From Staphylococcus phage phiSabovST1: DNA of 50,001 nucleotides. The position numbers were made by a program, and so were the translations under genes. Each line of letters opens with the position of its first letter. The stretch's first letter is position 1. Below the pieces are notes generated by a model. It had not been told where the DNA came from. It searched no databases and was given only the letters and a program-made list of their open reading frames with translations. Where the stretch lies: sequence record PQ281812.1. One strand, 5' to 3'. Below, piece after piece: positions 27,144-38,255 of this stretch.

Positions 27144-30100
27144 ATGCCTAATCCTATAGGTAATATGGTCATAAAGGTCGATTTAGATGGTTCTGGATTC
27201 AATAGAGGTGTGACAGGTTTAAATAGGCAAATGAAAATGGTTTCGCGTGAGCTTTCGGCTAATTTATCACAATTTTCTAGATATGATAATTCATTAGAAA
27301 AGTCGAAGATAAAAGTCGAAGGTTTGAGTAAAAAACAAAAAGTTCAAGCCCAGATTACTAAAGAGCTGAAAGATAGTTATGACAAACTTAGTAAAGAAAC
27401 TGGTGAAAACAGTGCAAAGACACAAGTTGCGGCTGCTAAATACAATGAAGCTTACGCTAAATTAAACCAATATGAGCGAGAGTTAAACCAAGCCACACAA
27501 GAATTAAAAGACATGCAAAGAGAGCAGAAAGCATTAAATACTGCAATGGGAAAACTTGGGACCAACTTTAATAATTTTGGTCCTAAGCTTCAAGAAATTG
27601 GTAACAGTATGAAAAATGTAGGCCGTAACATGACTATGTATGTAACTGCGCCGGTGGTTGCTGGGTTTGCTGTAGCATCTAAAAAAGGTATTGAATTCGA
27701 TGACAGTATGAGAAAAGTTAAAGCAACTTCAGGTGCTACTGGGGAAGAGTTTGAAGCTTTGAAGAAAAAGGCTCGCGAAATGGGTGCAACAACAAAATTT
27801 AGTGCATCAGATTCGGCTGAAGCATTAAATTACATGGCACTTGCTGGTTGGGATTCTAAGCAAATGATGGAAGGTTTAAGCGGAGTTATGGATTTAGCGG
27901 CAGCATCTGGCGAAGAACTGGGAGCAGTAAGTGACATTGTTACAGATGGACTAACGGCATTTGGTTTAAAAGCAAAGGATAGTGGTCATTTTGCGGACGT
28001 TTTAGCACAAACTAGCTCGAAGGCAAATACGGACGTTAGAGGGCTCGGAGAAGCTTTTAAATATGTCGCTCCTGTAGCAGGTGCGTTAGGTTACACGATT
28101 GAAGATACATCTATTGCAATAGGTTTAATGAGTAATGCTGGTATCAAAGGTGAAAAAGCAGGTACAGCGTTACGAACAATGTTCACCAATCTTTCAAGTC
28201 CAACTAGAGCTATGGGGAATGAAATGGAACGCTTAGGAATATCTATTACAGATAGTAATGGGAAAATGATTCCTATGCGAAAGCTTTTAGACCAACTGAG
28301 GGAAAAATTTAAACATCTTTCAAAAGACCAACAAGCTAGTTCTGCAGCTACAATATTTGGTAAAGAAGCGATGTCAGGAGCATTAGCGATTATAAATGCT
28401 TCTGATGAAGACTATCAAAAGTTAACCAAATCTATAGATTCATCTACCGGCGCATCTAAAAGAATGGCCGATACAATGGAATCTGGTTTAGGTGGAAAAT
28501 TAAGAACTTTAAGGTCGCAATTAGAAGAACTAGCCTTAACGATTTATGACAGAATAGAACCAGCACTAAAGATTATAGTAAGTGCTTTTAGCAAAGTAGT
28601 GACATGGGTTACTAAATTACCAACGTCAATTCAATTAGCGGTTATTGGGTTTGGATTGTTTGCAGCAGTTTTAGGTCCATTAGTTTTTATGTTCGGTTTA
28701 TTTATCAGCGTGATAGGGAATGCAATGACAGTTTTAGGACCCTTGTTAATAAACGTTAATAAAGCTGGTGGTATATTCGCGTTTTTAAGAACTAAAATCG
28801 CATCCCTTGTTAAACTATTTCCGGTTTTAGGTGTGTCGATATCCAGTTTAACGTTACCTATAACATTAATTGTAGGTGCATTAGTTGGTATTGGCATAGC
28901 TTTCTATCAAGCTTATAAACGTTCAGAAACTTTTAGAAATATTGTAAATCAGGCAATCTCTGGTGTAGCAAACGCATTTAAAGCAGCTAAACTAGCATTA
29001 CAAGGTTTCTTTGATTTATTCAAAGGTGATAGTAAAGGCGCGGTTACCCTAGAGAAGATATTTCCACCCGAAACTGTAGCAGGAATACAAAATGTAGTTA
29101 ATACGATTAGAACAACTTTCTTTAAAGTAGTTGATGCAATCGTTGGTTTCGCCAAAGAGATAGGCGCTCAATTAGCCTCTTTCTGGAAAGAGAACGGCTC
29201 AGAAATAACACAAGCTTTGCAAAATATAGCTGGTTTCATTAAAGCAACCTTTGAATTTATTTTTAACTTTATTATTAAACCAATTATGTTTGCGATTTGG
29301 CAAGTGATGCAATTTATTTTGCCGGCGGTTAAAGCTTTGATTGTCAGCACTTGGGAAAATATCAAAGGTGTAATACAAGGGGCTATTAATATTATTTTGG
29401 GTATTATCAAAGTATTCTCTAGTCTTTTCACAGGAAACTGGCGAGGCGTTTGGGACGGCATTGTAATGATACTGAAAGGTACTGTGCAGTTAATTTGGAA
29501 TTTAATACAACTGTGGTTTGTAGGTAAAATTCTAGGTGTAGTGAGATACTTTGGTGGATTACTTAAAGGTTTAATATCCGGTATCTGGAGTGTTATCAAA
29601 GGCATCTTTACAAAATCTTTATCGGCAATTTGGAATGCGACGAAAAGTATTTTTGGTTTTTTATTCAATAGTGTTAAATCTATTTTCACTAATATGAAAA
29701 ACTGGTTATCTAGTACGTGGAATAATATCAAAAGCAATACCGTCGGCAAGGCTCATTCGTTATTTACAGGTGTAAGGTCTAAATTCACAAGTTTATGGAA
29801 TGCGACGAAAGATGTATTTACTAAATTAAGAAATTGGATGTCAAACATCTGGAACTCTATTAAAGATAACACGGTAGGTATAGCTGGTCGCTTATGGAAT
29901 AGAGTGCGTAACATCTTTGGAAGCATGCGTGACGGTTTAAAATCTATCATTGGTAAAATTAAAGATCATATCGGTGGTATGGTAGACGCTGTTAAAAGAG
30001 GTCTTAATAAATTAATTGAAGGTTTAAACTGGGTCGGTGGTAAGTTGGGTATGGACAAAATACCGAAGTTACACACTGGTACTGAACATACGCATACTAC

Positions 30101-31793
30101 TACAAGATTAGTTAAGAACGGTAAGATTGCGCGGGATACGTTCGCTACGGTTGGGGATAAAGGACGTGGAAATGGTCCGAATGGTTTCAGAAATGAAATG
30201 ATTGAATTCCCTAATGGCAAACGTGTACTTACGCCTAATACAGATACGACAGCGTACTTACCTAAAGGTTCAAAAGTATATAACGGCGCACAAACTTATT
30301 CAATGTTAAATGGAACGCTTCCAAGATTTAGCATAGGTACTATGTGGAAAGATATTAAATCCGGTGCATCATCGGCATTTAACTGGACAAAAGATCAAAT
30401 AGGTAAAGGTACAAAGTGGCTTGGCGATAAAGTTGGTGATGTCATGGACTTTATCGATAATCCAGGCAAACTTTTAAATTATGTACTTCAAGCGTTTGGA
30501 GTTGATTTCAGTTCTCTAACTAAAGGTATGGGTATTGCTGGCGATATAACAAAAGCTGCATGGTCTAAGATTAAGAAAAGTGCAATCAAGTGGCTTGAGG
30601 ATGCTTTCGCAGAGTCGGGTGATGGCGGTGTATTAGATATGAGTAAATTACGTTATTTATACGGTCACACTGCTGCTTATACACGAGAAACCGGACGCCC
30701 ATTCCATGAAGGTCTGGATTTTGATTACATTTACGAACCTGTTCCATCAACCATTAATGGTAGAGCACAAGTTATGCCTTTTCATAATGGTGGTTATGGA
30801 AAATGGGTAAAAATTGTAAAGGGCGCCTTAGAAGTTATTTATGCACATTTATCTAAATATAAAGTTAAAACTGGTCAACAAGTTAGGGTCGGCCAGACTG
30901 TTGGTATATCGGGGAATACGGGGTTTAGTACAGGACCTCACTTACATTATGAGATGCGTTGGAATGGAAGACATAGAGACCCGTTACCGTGGTTAAGAAA
31001 GAATAATGGGGGCGGCAAAAGTGCAGCCGGTGGTAATGGTGCAGCTAATGCTAGACGAGCTATTAAGGCTGCTCAAAATATTTTAGGAGGAAGGTATAAG
31101 GCGAGTTGGATTACTAACGAGATGATGCGTGTTGCGAGTCGTGAATCCAATTATACAGCTAATGCAGTCAATAATTGGGATAGCAACGCAAGAGCTGGTA
31201 TACCTTCAAGAGGTATGTTCCAAATGATAGATCCTTCATTTAGAGCGTACGCAAAGTCGGGTTACAATAATCCTCTCAACCCAACTCATCAAGCTATATC
31301 GGCTATGAGATATATTGTGGGTAAATGGGTACCAAGAACAGGCTCATGGAGAGCTGCGTTCAAACGCGCTGGTGATTACGCATATGCTACTGGTGGCAAA
31401 GTCTACAACGGATTGTACCACTTAGGAGAAGAAGGATATCCAGAGTGGATAATACCTACTGATCCAAGTAGAGCGAACGAAGCACACAAATTATTAGCTT
31501 TAGCTGCTAACGATATTGATAACCGCTCTAAAAATAAGCGACCAAACAATTTACCAAATCCAAGTATAAATAATAGTGATACAAACTATATTCATACCTT
31601 GGAGAATAAGCTGGATGCGGTTATTAATTGTTTGGTTAGTTTGGTTGAGTCTAATCAAGTTATTGCAGATAAGAATTATGAACCAGTTATTAATAAGTAT
31701 GTGTTTGAAGATGAGGTAAATAATTCTATCGATAAACGAGAGCGTCACGAATCTACAAGAGTTAGATTTAGAAGAGGAGGCACGATAATCTAA
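27144..31793 (+). CDS. tape measure protein with C-terminal lytic transglycosylase (SLT) and M23 peptidase domains
   Basis: 1549 aa. TM segments and Gly-rich repeats. M23 motif HLHYEMRWNGRHRDP. SLT-like ...VASRESNYTANAVNNWDSNARAGIPSRGMFQMIDPSF... Confidence 0.9.
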   Translation: MPNPIGNMVIKVDLDGSGFNRGVTGLNRQMKMVSRELSANLSQFSRYDNSLEKSKIKVEGLSKKQKVQAQITKELKDSYDKLSKETGENSAKTQVAAAKYNEAYAKLNQYERELNQATQELKDMQREQKALNTAMGKLGTNFNNFGPKLQEIGNSMKNVGRNMTMYVTAPVVAGFAVASKKGIEFDDSMRKVKATSGATGEEFEALKKKAREMGATTKFSASDSAEALNYMALAGWDSKQMMEGLSGVMDLAAASGEELGAVSDIVTDGLTAFGLKAKDSGHFADVLAQTSSKANTDVRGLGEAFKYVAPVAGALGYTIEDTSIAIGLMSNAGIKGEKAGTALRTMFTNLSSPTRAMGNEMERLGISITDSNGKMIPMRKLLDQLREKFKHLSKDQQASSAATIFGKEAMSGALAIINASDEDYQKLTKSIDSSTGASKRMADTMESGLGGKLRTLRSQLEELALTIYDRIEPALKIIVSAFSKVVTWVTKLPTSIQLAVIGFGLFAAVLGPLVFMFGLFISVIGNAMTVLGPLLINVNKAGGIFAFLRTKIASLVKLFPVLGVSISSLTLPITLIVGALVGIGIAFYQAYKRSETFRNIVNQAISGVANAFKAAKLALQGFFDLFKGDSKGAVTLEKIFPPETVAGIQNVVNTIRTTFFKVVDAIVGFAKEIGAQLASFWKENGSEITQALQNIAGFIKATFEFIFNFIIKPIMFAIWQVMQFILPAVKALIVSTWENIKGVIQGAINIILGIIKVFSSLFTGNWRGVWDGIVMILKGTVQLIWNLIQLWFVGKILGVVRYFGGLLKGLISGIWSVIKGIFTKSLSAIWNATKSIFGFLFNSVKSIFTNMKNWLSSTWNNIKSNTVGKAHSLFTGVRSKFTSLWNATKDVFTKLRNWMSNIWNSIKDNTVGIAGRLWNRVRNIFGSMRDGLKSIIGKIKDHIGGMVDAVKRGLNKLIEGLNWVGGKLGMDKIPKLHTGTEHTHTTTRLVKNGKIARDTFATVGDKGRGNGPNGFRNEMIEFPNGKRVLTPNTDTTAYLPKGSKVYNGAQTYSMLNGTLPRFSIGTMWKDIKSGASSAFNWTKDQIGKGTKWLGDKVGDVMDFIDNPGKLLNYVLQAFGVDFSSLTKGMGIAGDITKAAWSKIKKSAIKWLEDAFAESGDGGVLDMSKLRYLYGHTAAYTRETGRPFHEGLDFDYIYEPVPSTINGRAQVMPFHNGGYGKWVKIVKGALEVIYAHLSKYKVKTGQQVRVGQTVGISGNTGFSTGPHLHYEMRWNGRHRDPLPWLRKNNGGGKSAAGGNGAANARRAIKAAQNILGGRYKASWITNEMMRVASRESNYTANAVNNWDSNARAGIPSRGMFQMIDPSFRAYAKSGYNNPLNPTHQAISAMRYIVGKWVPRTGSWRAAFKRAGDYAYATGGKVYNGLYHLGEEGYPEWIIPTDPSRANEAHKLLALAANDIDNRSKNKRPNNLPNPSINNSDTNYIHTLENKLDAVINCLVSLVESNQVIADKNYEPVINKYVFEDEVNNSIDKRERHESTRVRFRRGGTII

Positions 31794-33283
31794 TGCAAGA
31801 CACAATTCAAATAGACAATAAAACCATTGAATGGTTAGTTGTACAAAGAGGGTTTGAGATACCCTCTTTTAATTTTGTTACTGAAAAAGAAAGTGTGAAA
31901 GGTAGAGCAGGTTCTATTGCTAAGAATCGTTATTTAAATGATATCGAATTTGATTTACCATTAATTATTCGAAACGAAAAATTGTCACCAGGTGGAGAAA
32001 AAACACACGATGATATATTAGAAGCATTGGTCAAGTTCTTCAATATTAAAGATTTAACACCTAAAAAACTTAAATTCAAATCTCAAAACTGGTATTGGTT
32101 TGCATATTTTGATGGTCCATTAAAATTACCGAAAAACCCAAGAGGTTCAGTGAAGTTCACTATAAAAGTAGTGTTGACAGACCCTTATAAATACTCGGTA
32201 ACTGGAAACAAAAACACCGCGATTTCTGACCAAGTTTCAGTTGTAAATAGTGGGACTGCTGACACTCCTTTAATTGTTGAAGCCCGAGCAATTAAACCAT
32301 CTAGTTACTTTATGATCACTAAAAATGATGAAGATTATTTTATGGTTGGTGATGATGAGGTAACCAAAGAAGTTAAGGATTACATGCCTCCTGTTTATCA
32401 TAGTGAGTTTCGTGATTTCAAAGGTTGGACTAAGATGATTGCTGAAGATATTCCAAGTAATGATTTAGGTGGTAAAGTCGGCGGTGACTTTGTGATATCC
32501 AATCTTGGCGAAGGATATAAAGCAACTAATTTTCCTGATGCAAAAGGTTGGGTTGGTGCTGGCACGAAACGAGGGCTCCCTAAAGCGATGACAGATTTTC
32601 AAATTACCTATAAATGTATTGTTGAACAAAAAGGTAAAGGTGCCGGAAGAACAGCACAACATATTTATGATAGTGGTGGTAAGTTACTTGCTTCTATTGG
32701 TTATGAAAATAAATATCATGATAGAAAAATAGGACATATTGTTGTTACGTTGTATAACCAAAAAGGAGACCCCAAAAAGATATACGACTATCAGAATAAA
32801 CCGATAATGTATAACTTGGACAGAATCGTTGTTTATATGCGGCTCAGAAGAGTAGGTAATAAATTTTCTATTAAAACTTGGAAATTTGATCACATTAAAG
32901 ACCCAGATAGACGTAAACCTATTGATATGGATGAGAAAGAGTGGATAGATGGCGGTAAGTTTTATCAGCGTCCAGCTTCTATCATAGCTATCTATAGTGC
33001 GAAGTATAATGGTTATAAGTGGATGGAGATGAATGGATTAGGTTCATTCAATACGGAGATTCTACCGAAACCGAAAGGCGCAAGGGATGTCATTATACAA
33101 AAAGGTGATTTAGTGAAAATAGATATGCAAGCAAAAAGTGTTGTCATCAATGAGGAACCAATGTTGAGCGAGAAATCGTTTGGAAGTAATTATTTCAATG
33201 TTGATTCTGGGTACAGTGAATTAATCATACAACCTGAAAACGTCTTTGATACGACGGTTAAATGGCAAGATAGATATTTATAG
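31793..33283 (+). CDS. distal tail protein (Dit)
   Basis: 496 aa immediately after the tape measure gene. Confidence 0.7.
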   Translation: MQDTIQIDNKTIEWLVVQRGFEIPSFNFVTEKESVKGRAGSIAKNRYLNDIEFDLPLIIRNEKLSPGGEKTHDDILEALVKFFNIKDLTPKKLKFKSQNWYWFAYFDGPLKLPKNPRGSVKFTIKVVLTDPYKYSVTGNKNTAISDQVSVVNSGTADTPLIVEARAIKPSSYFMITKNDEDYFMVGDDEVTKEVKDYMPPVYHSEFRDFKGWTKMIAEDIPSNDLGGKVGGDFVISNLGEGYKATNFPDAKGWVGAGTKRGLPKAMTDFQITYKCIVEQKGKGAGRTAQHIYDSGGKLLASIGYENKYHDRKIGHIVVTLYNQKGDPKKIYDYQNKPIMYNLDRIVVYMRLRRVGNKFSIKTWKFDHIKDPDRRKPIDMDEKEWIDGGKFYQRPASIIAIYSAKYNGYKWMEMNGLGSFNTEILPKPKGARDVIIQKGDLVKIDMQAKSVVINEEPMLSEKSFGSNYFNVDSGYSELIIQPENVFDTTVKWQDRYL

Positions 33284-33298
33284 AAAGGAGATGAGAGT

Positions 33299-36200
33299 GT
33301 GATACATGTTTTAGATTTTAACGACAAGATTATAGATTTCCTTTCTACTGATGACCCTTCCTTAGTTATAGCGATTCATAAACGTAATGTTAATGACAAT
33401 TCAGAAATGCTTGAACTGCTCATATCATCAGAAAGAGCTGAAAAGTTCCGTGAACGACATCGTGTTATTATAAGGGATTCAAACAAACAATGGCGTGAAT
33501 TTATTATTAACTGGGTTCAAGATACGATGGACGGCTACACAGAGATAGAATGTATAGCGTCTTATCTTGCTGATATAACAACAGCTAAACCGTATGCACC
33601 AGGCAAATTTGAGAAAAAGACAACTTCAGAAGCATTGAAAGATGTGTTGAGCGATACAGGTTGGGAAGTTTCTGAACAAACCGAATACGATGGCTTACGT
33701 ACTACGTCATGGACTTCTTATCAAACGAGATATGAAGTTTTAAAGCAATTATGTACAACCTATAAAATGGTATTGGATTTTTATATAGAGCTTAGTTCTA
33801 ATACCGTCAAAGGTAGATATGTGGTACTCAAAAAGAAAAACAGCTTATTCAAAGGTAAAGAAATTGAGTATGGTAAAGATTTGGTTGGGTTAACTAGGAA
33901 GATTGATATGTCAGAAATCAAAACAGCATTAATTGCTGTGGGACCCGAAAATGACAAAGGAAAGCGTTTAGAGTTAGTTGTGACTGATGACGAAGCACAA
34001 AGTCAATTCAACTTACCTACCCGTTATATTTGGGGAATATACGAACCTCAATCAGATGATCAAAATATGAATGAAACACGGTTGCGTTCTTTAGCCAAAA
34101 CAGAGTTAAATAAACGTAAGTCGGCAGTTATGTCATATGAGATTACTTCTACTGATTTGGAAGTTACGTATCCGCACGAGATTATATCAATTGGTGATAC
34201 AGTCAGAGTAAAACATAGAGATTTTAACCCGCCATTGTATGTAGAGGCAGAAGTTATTGCCGAAGAATATAACATAATTTCAGAAAATAGCACATATACA
34301 TTCGGTCAACCTAAAGAGTTCAAAGAATCAGAATTACGAGAAGAGTTTAACAAGCGATTGAACATAATACATCAAAAGTTAAACGATAATATTAGCAATA
34401 TCAACACTATAGTTAAAGATGTTGTAGATGGTGAATTAGAATACTTTGAACGCAAAATACACAAAAATGATACACCGCCAGAAAATCCAGTCAATGATAT
34501 GCTTTGGTATGATACAAGTAACCCTGATGTTGCTGTCTTGCGTAGATATTGGAATGGTGGATGGATTGAAGCAACGCCAAATGATGTTGAAAAATTAGGT
34601 GGTATAACAAGAGAAAAAGCGCTATTCAGTGAATTAAACAATACTTTTATTAATTTATCTATACAACACGCTAGGCTTTTTTCAGAAGCTACAGAATTAC
34701 TGAATAGCGAGTACTTAGTAGATAATGATTTGAAAGCGGACTTACAAGCAAGTTTAGACGCTGTGATTGATGTTTATAATCAAATTAAAAATAATTTAGA
34801 ATCTATGACACCCGAAACTGCAACGATTGGTCGGTTGGTAGATACACAAGCTTTATTTCTTGAGTATAGAAAGAAATTACAAGATGTTTATACAGATGTA
34901 GAAGATGTCAAAATCTCCATTTCAGATAGATTTAAATTATTACAGTCACAATACACTGACGAAAAATATAAAGAAGCGTTGGAAATAATAGCAACAAAAT
35001 TTGGTTTAACGGTGAATGAAGATTTGCAGTTAGTTGGAGAACCTAATGTTGTTAAATCAGCTATTGAAGCAGCTAGAGAATCCACAAAAGAACAATTACG
35101 TGACTATGTAAAAACATCGGACTATAAAACAGACAAAGACGGTATTGTTGAACGTTTAGATACTGCTGAAGCTGAGAGAACGACTTTAAAAGGTGAAATC
35201 AAAGATAAAGTTACGTTAAACGAATATCGAAACGGATTGGAAGAACAAAAACAATATACTGACGACCAGTTAAGTGATTTGTCCAATAATCCTGAGATTA
35301 AAGCAAGTATTGAACAAGCAAATCAAGAAGCGCAAGAAGCTTTAAAATCATACATTGATGCTCAAGATGATCTTAAAGAGAAAGAATCGCAAGCGTATAT
35401 TGATGGTAAAATTTCGGAAGAAGAGCAACGCGCTATACAAGACGCTCAAGCTAAACTTGAAGAGGCAAAACAAAACGCAGAACTAAAGGCTAGAAACGTT
35501 GAAAAGAAAGCTAATGCTTATACAGACAACAAGGTCAAAGAAAGCACAGATGCACAGAGAAAAACATTGACTCGCTATGGTTCTCAAATTATACAAAATG
35601 GTAAAGAAATCAAATCAAGAACTACTAAAGAAGAGTTTAATGCAACCAATCGTACACTTTCAAATATTTTAGCTGAGATTGTCCAAAACGTTACAGATGG
35701 AACAACAATCAGATATGATGATAATGGGGTGGCTCAAGCTTTAAATATAGGACCACAGGGAATTAGATTAAATGCTGATAAAATTGATATTAGCGGTAAT
35801 AGAGAAATAAATCTTCTTATCCAAAATATGCGAGATAAAGTAGATAAAACCGATATTGTCAACAGTCTTAATTTATCAAGAGAGGGTCTTGATATCAATG
35901 TTAATAGAATTGGAATTAAAGGCGGTGACAATAACAGATATGTTCAAATACAGAATGATTCTATTGAACTAGGTGGTATTGTGCAACGTACTTGGAGAGG
36001 GAAACGTTCAACAGACGATATTTTTACGCGACTGAAAGACGGTCACCTAAGATTTAGGAATAACACCGCTGGCGGTTCACTTTATATGTCTCATTTTGGT
36101 ATTTCAACCTATATCGATGGTGAAGGTGAAGACGGTGGTTCCTCTGGTACGATTCAATGGTGGGATAAAACTTACAGTGATAGTGGCATGAATGGGATAA

Positions 36201-37084
36201 CAATCAATTCCTATGGTGGTGTCGTTGCACTAACGTCAGATAATAATCGGGTTGTTCTGGAGTCTTACGCTTCATCGAATATCAAAAGCAAACAGGCACC
36301 GGTGTATTTATATCCAAACACAGACAAAGTTCCTGGATTAAACCGATTTGCATTCACGCTGTCTAATGCAGATAATGCTTATTCGAGTGACGGTTATATT
36401 ATGTTTGGTTCTGATGAGAACTATGATTACGGTGCTGGTATCAGGTTTTCTAAAGAAAGAAATAAAGGTCTTGTTCAAATTGTTAATGGACGATATGCAA
36501 CAGGTGGAGATACAACAATCGAAGCAGGGTATGGCAAATTTAATATGCTGAAGCGACGTGATGGTAATAGGTATATTCATATACAGAGTACAGACCTACT
36601 GTCTGTAGGTTCAGATGATGCAGGAGATAGGATAGCTTCTAACTCAATTTATAGACGTACTTATTCGGCCGCAGCTAATTTGCATATCACTTCTGCTGGC
36701 ACAATTGGGCGTTCGACATCAGCGCGTAAATACAAGTTATCTATCGAAAATCAATATAACGATAGAGATGAACAACTGGAACATTCAAAAGCTATTCTTA
36801 ACTTACCTATTAGAACGTGGTTTGATAAAGCTGAGTCTGAAATTTTAGCTAGAGAGCTGAGAGAGGATAGAAAATTATCAGAAGACACCTATAAACTGGA
36901 TAGATACGTAGGTTTGATTGCTGAAGAGGTGGAGAATTTAGGATTAAAAGAGTTTGTCACGTATGATGACAAAGGAGAAATTGAAGGTATAGCGTATGAT
37001 CGTCTATGGATTCATCTTATCCCTGTTATCAAAGAACAACAACTAAGAATCAAGAAATTGGAGGAGTCAAAGAATGCAGGATAA
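33299..37084 (+). CDS. tail-associated lysin / tail fibre (Tal-like N-domain, long coiled-coil, C-terminal receptor-binding region)
   Basis: 1261 aa. GTG start after AAAGGAGATGA. Confidence 0.75.
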   Translation: MIHVLDFNDKIIDFLSTDDPSLVIAIHKRNVNDNSEMLELLISSERAEKFRERHRVIIRDSNKQWREFIINWVQDTMDGYTEIECIASYLADITTAKPYAPGKFEKKTTSEALKDVLSDTGWEVSEQTEYDGLRTTSWTSYQTRYEVLKQLCTTYKMVLDFYIELSSNTVKGRYVVLKKKNSLFKGKEIEYGKDLVGLTRKIDMSEIKTALIAVGPENDKGKRLELVVTDDEAQSQFNLPTRYIWGIYEPQSDDQNMNETRLRSLAKTELNKRKSAVMSYEITSTDLEVTYPHEIISIGDTVRVKHRDFNPPLYVEAEVIAEEYNIISENSTYTFGQPKEFKESELREEFNKRLNIIHQKLNDNISNINTIVKDVVDGELEYFERKIHKNDTPPENPVNDMLWYDTSNPDVAVLRRYWNGGWIEATPNDVEKLGGITREKALFSELNNTFINLSIQHARLFSEATELLNSEYLVDNDLKADLQASLDAVIDVYNQIKNNLESMTPETATIGRLVDTQALFLEYRKKLQDVYTDVEDVKISISDRFKLLQSQYTDEKYKEALEIIATKFGLTVNEDLQLVGEPNVVKSAIEAARESTKEQLRDYVKTSDYKTDKDGIVERLDTAEAERTTLKGEIKDKVTLNEYRNGLEEQKQYTDDQLSDLSNNPEIKASIEQANQEAQEALKSYIDAQDDLKEKESQAYIDGKISEEEQRAIQDAQAKLEEAKQNAELKARNVEKKANAYTDNKVKESTDAQRKTLTRYGSQIIQNGKEIKSRTTKEEFNATNRTLSNILAEIVQNVTDGTTIRYDDNGVAQALNIGPQGIRLNADKIDISGNREINLLIQNMRDKVDKTDIVNSLNLSREGLDINVNRIGIKGGDNNRYVQIQNDSIELGGIVQRTWRGKRSTDDIFTRLKDGHLRFRNNTAGGSLYMSHFGISTYIDGEGEDGGSSGTIQWWDKTYSDSGMNGITINSYGGVVALTSDNNRVVLESYASSNIKSKQAPVYLYPNTDKVPGLNRFAFTLSNADNAYSSDGYIMFGSDENYDYGAGIRFSKERNKGLVQIVNGRYATGGDTTIEAGYGKFNMLKRRDGNRYIHIQSTDLLSVGSDDAGDRIASNSIYRRTYSAAANLHITSAGTIGRSTSARKYKLSIENQYNDRDEQLEHSKAILNLPIRTWFDKAESEILARELREDRKLSEDTYKLDRYVGLIAEEVENLGLKEFVTYDDKGEIEGIAYDRLWIHLIPVIKEQQLRIKKLEESKNAG

Positions 37085-37272
37085 CAAACAAGGATTACAA
37101 GCTAATCCTGAATATACAATTCATTATTTATCACAGGAAATTATGAGGTTAACACAAGAAAACGCAATATTAAAAGCGTATATACAAGAAAATAAAGAAA
37201 ATCAACAATGTGCTGAGGAAGAGTAATCCTTAGCACTATTTTTATACAAAAATTTAAGGAGGTCATTCAAGT

Positions 37273-37560
37273 ATGGCAAAAGAAGTTATCAACAATACAG
37301 AAAGGTTTATTTTAGTACAAATCGACAAAGAAGGTACAGAACGTGTAGTATATCAAGATTTCACAGGAAGTTTTACAACTTCTGAAATGGTTAACCATGC
37401 TCAAGATTTTAAATCTGAAGAAAACGCTAAGAAAATTGCGGAGACGTTAAATTTGTTATATCAATTAACTAACAAAAAACAACGTGTGAAAGTAGTTAAA
37501 GAAGTAGTTGAAAGATCAGATTTATCTCCAGAGGTAACAGTTAACACTGAAACAGTATGA
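37273..37560 (+). CDS. hypothetical protein (95 aa) between tail and lysis modules
   Basis: SD AAGGAGG. Confidence 0.5.
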   Translation: MAKEVINNTERFILVQIDKEGTERVVYQDFTGSFTTSEMVNHAQDFKSEENAKKIAETLNLLYQLTNKKQRVKVVKEVVERSDLSPEVTVNTETV

Positions 37561-37617
37561 AAAGCTATGAGTTAGATACTCATAATCTTTATTCTTTTAG
37601 AAAGCGGGTGTACTGAA

Positions 37618-37914
37618 TTGGGGTGGTTCAAAAAACACGAACATGAATGGCGCATCAGAAGGTTAGAAGAGAATGATAAAACAATGCTCAGCACACTCAA
37701 TGAAATTAAATTAGGTCAAAAAACCCAAGAGCAAGTTAACATTAAATTAGATAAAACCTTAGATGCTATTCAAAAAGAAAGAGAAATAGATGAAAAGAAT
37801 AAGAAAGAAAATGATAAGAATATTCGTGATATGAAAATGTGGGTGCTTGGTTTAGTTGGGACAATATTTGGGTCGCTAATTATAGCATTATTACGTATGC
37901 TTATGGGTATATAA
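37618..37914 (+). CDS. XhlA-like membrane protein (coiled coil plus C-terminal TM)
   Basis: 98 aa. ...MWVLGLVGTIFGSLIIALLRMLMGI is a C-terminal TM helix. TTG start is uncertain. Confidence 0.5.
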   Translation: MGWFKKHEHEWRIRRLEENDKTMLSTLNEIKLGQKTQEQVNIKLDKTLDAIQKEREIDEKNKKENDKNIRDMKMWVLGLVGTIFGSLIIALLRMLMGI

Positions 37915-38107
37915 GAGAGGTGTTTACTATGCTTAAAGGAATTTTAGGTTACAGTTTCTGGACGTGTTTTTGGTTTGGTAAATGTAAGTAATTTTTAAAG
38001 GTCAGTGCTTTGACACTGGCTTTTTATTATTGTTGTGATTATGGTAATATACAAAAGTGAGCAAGTTGGATAGATGGTGGCTATCTGAGTATAAGGAGGT
38101 GGTGCCT

Positions 38108-38164
38108 ATGGTGGCATTACTGAAATCTTTAGAAAGGAGACGCCTTTGTGGTATCTGTTGTTGA
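38108..38164 (+). CDS. 18-codon leader ORF MVALLKSLERRRLCGICC (frameshifted N-terminal part of a SprG-like toxin?)
   Basis: Strong SD AAGGAGG 9 nt upstream. Overlaps the hydrophobic peptide ORF in the +1 frame. Confidence 0.35.
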   Translation: MVALLKSLERRRLCGICC

Positions 38165-38255
38165 TGCACTAAATTTAATGTTTAGTTTCGGTATGTTTAT
38201 CGTTGCTTTACTTGGTTTAGTCATCGCAATCGTTAAATTAAACCATAAAAAATAA
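38148..38255 (+). CDS. type I toxin-like hydrophobic peptide (SprG/Fst-like; (M)VSVVDALNLMFSFGMFIVALLGLVIAIVKLNHKK)
   Basis: GTG start 7 nt after SD AAAGGAGA. Single TM helix with a KK C-terminus. Followed by a bidirectional terminator. Confidence 0.5.
   Translation: MVSVVDALNLMFSFGMFIVALLGLVIAIVKLNHKK

Noticed and set aside
28631-30220. Several minus-strand ORFs (up to 193 aa) inside the tape measure gene
   Set aside because: They are antisense to a long, well-supported CDS. Their composition is biased by the Gly/Ala/Ile-rich sense frame. They have no RBS.
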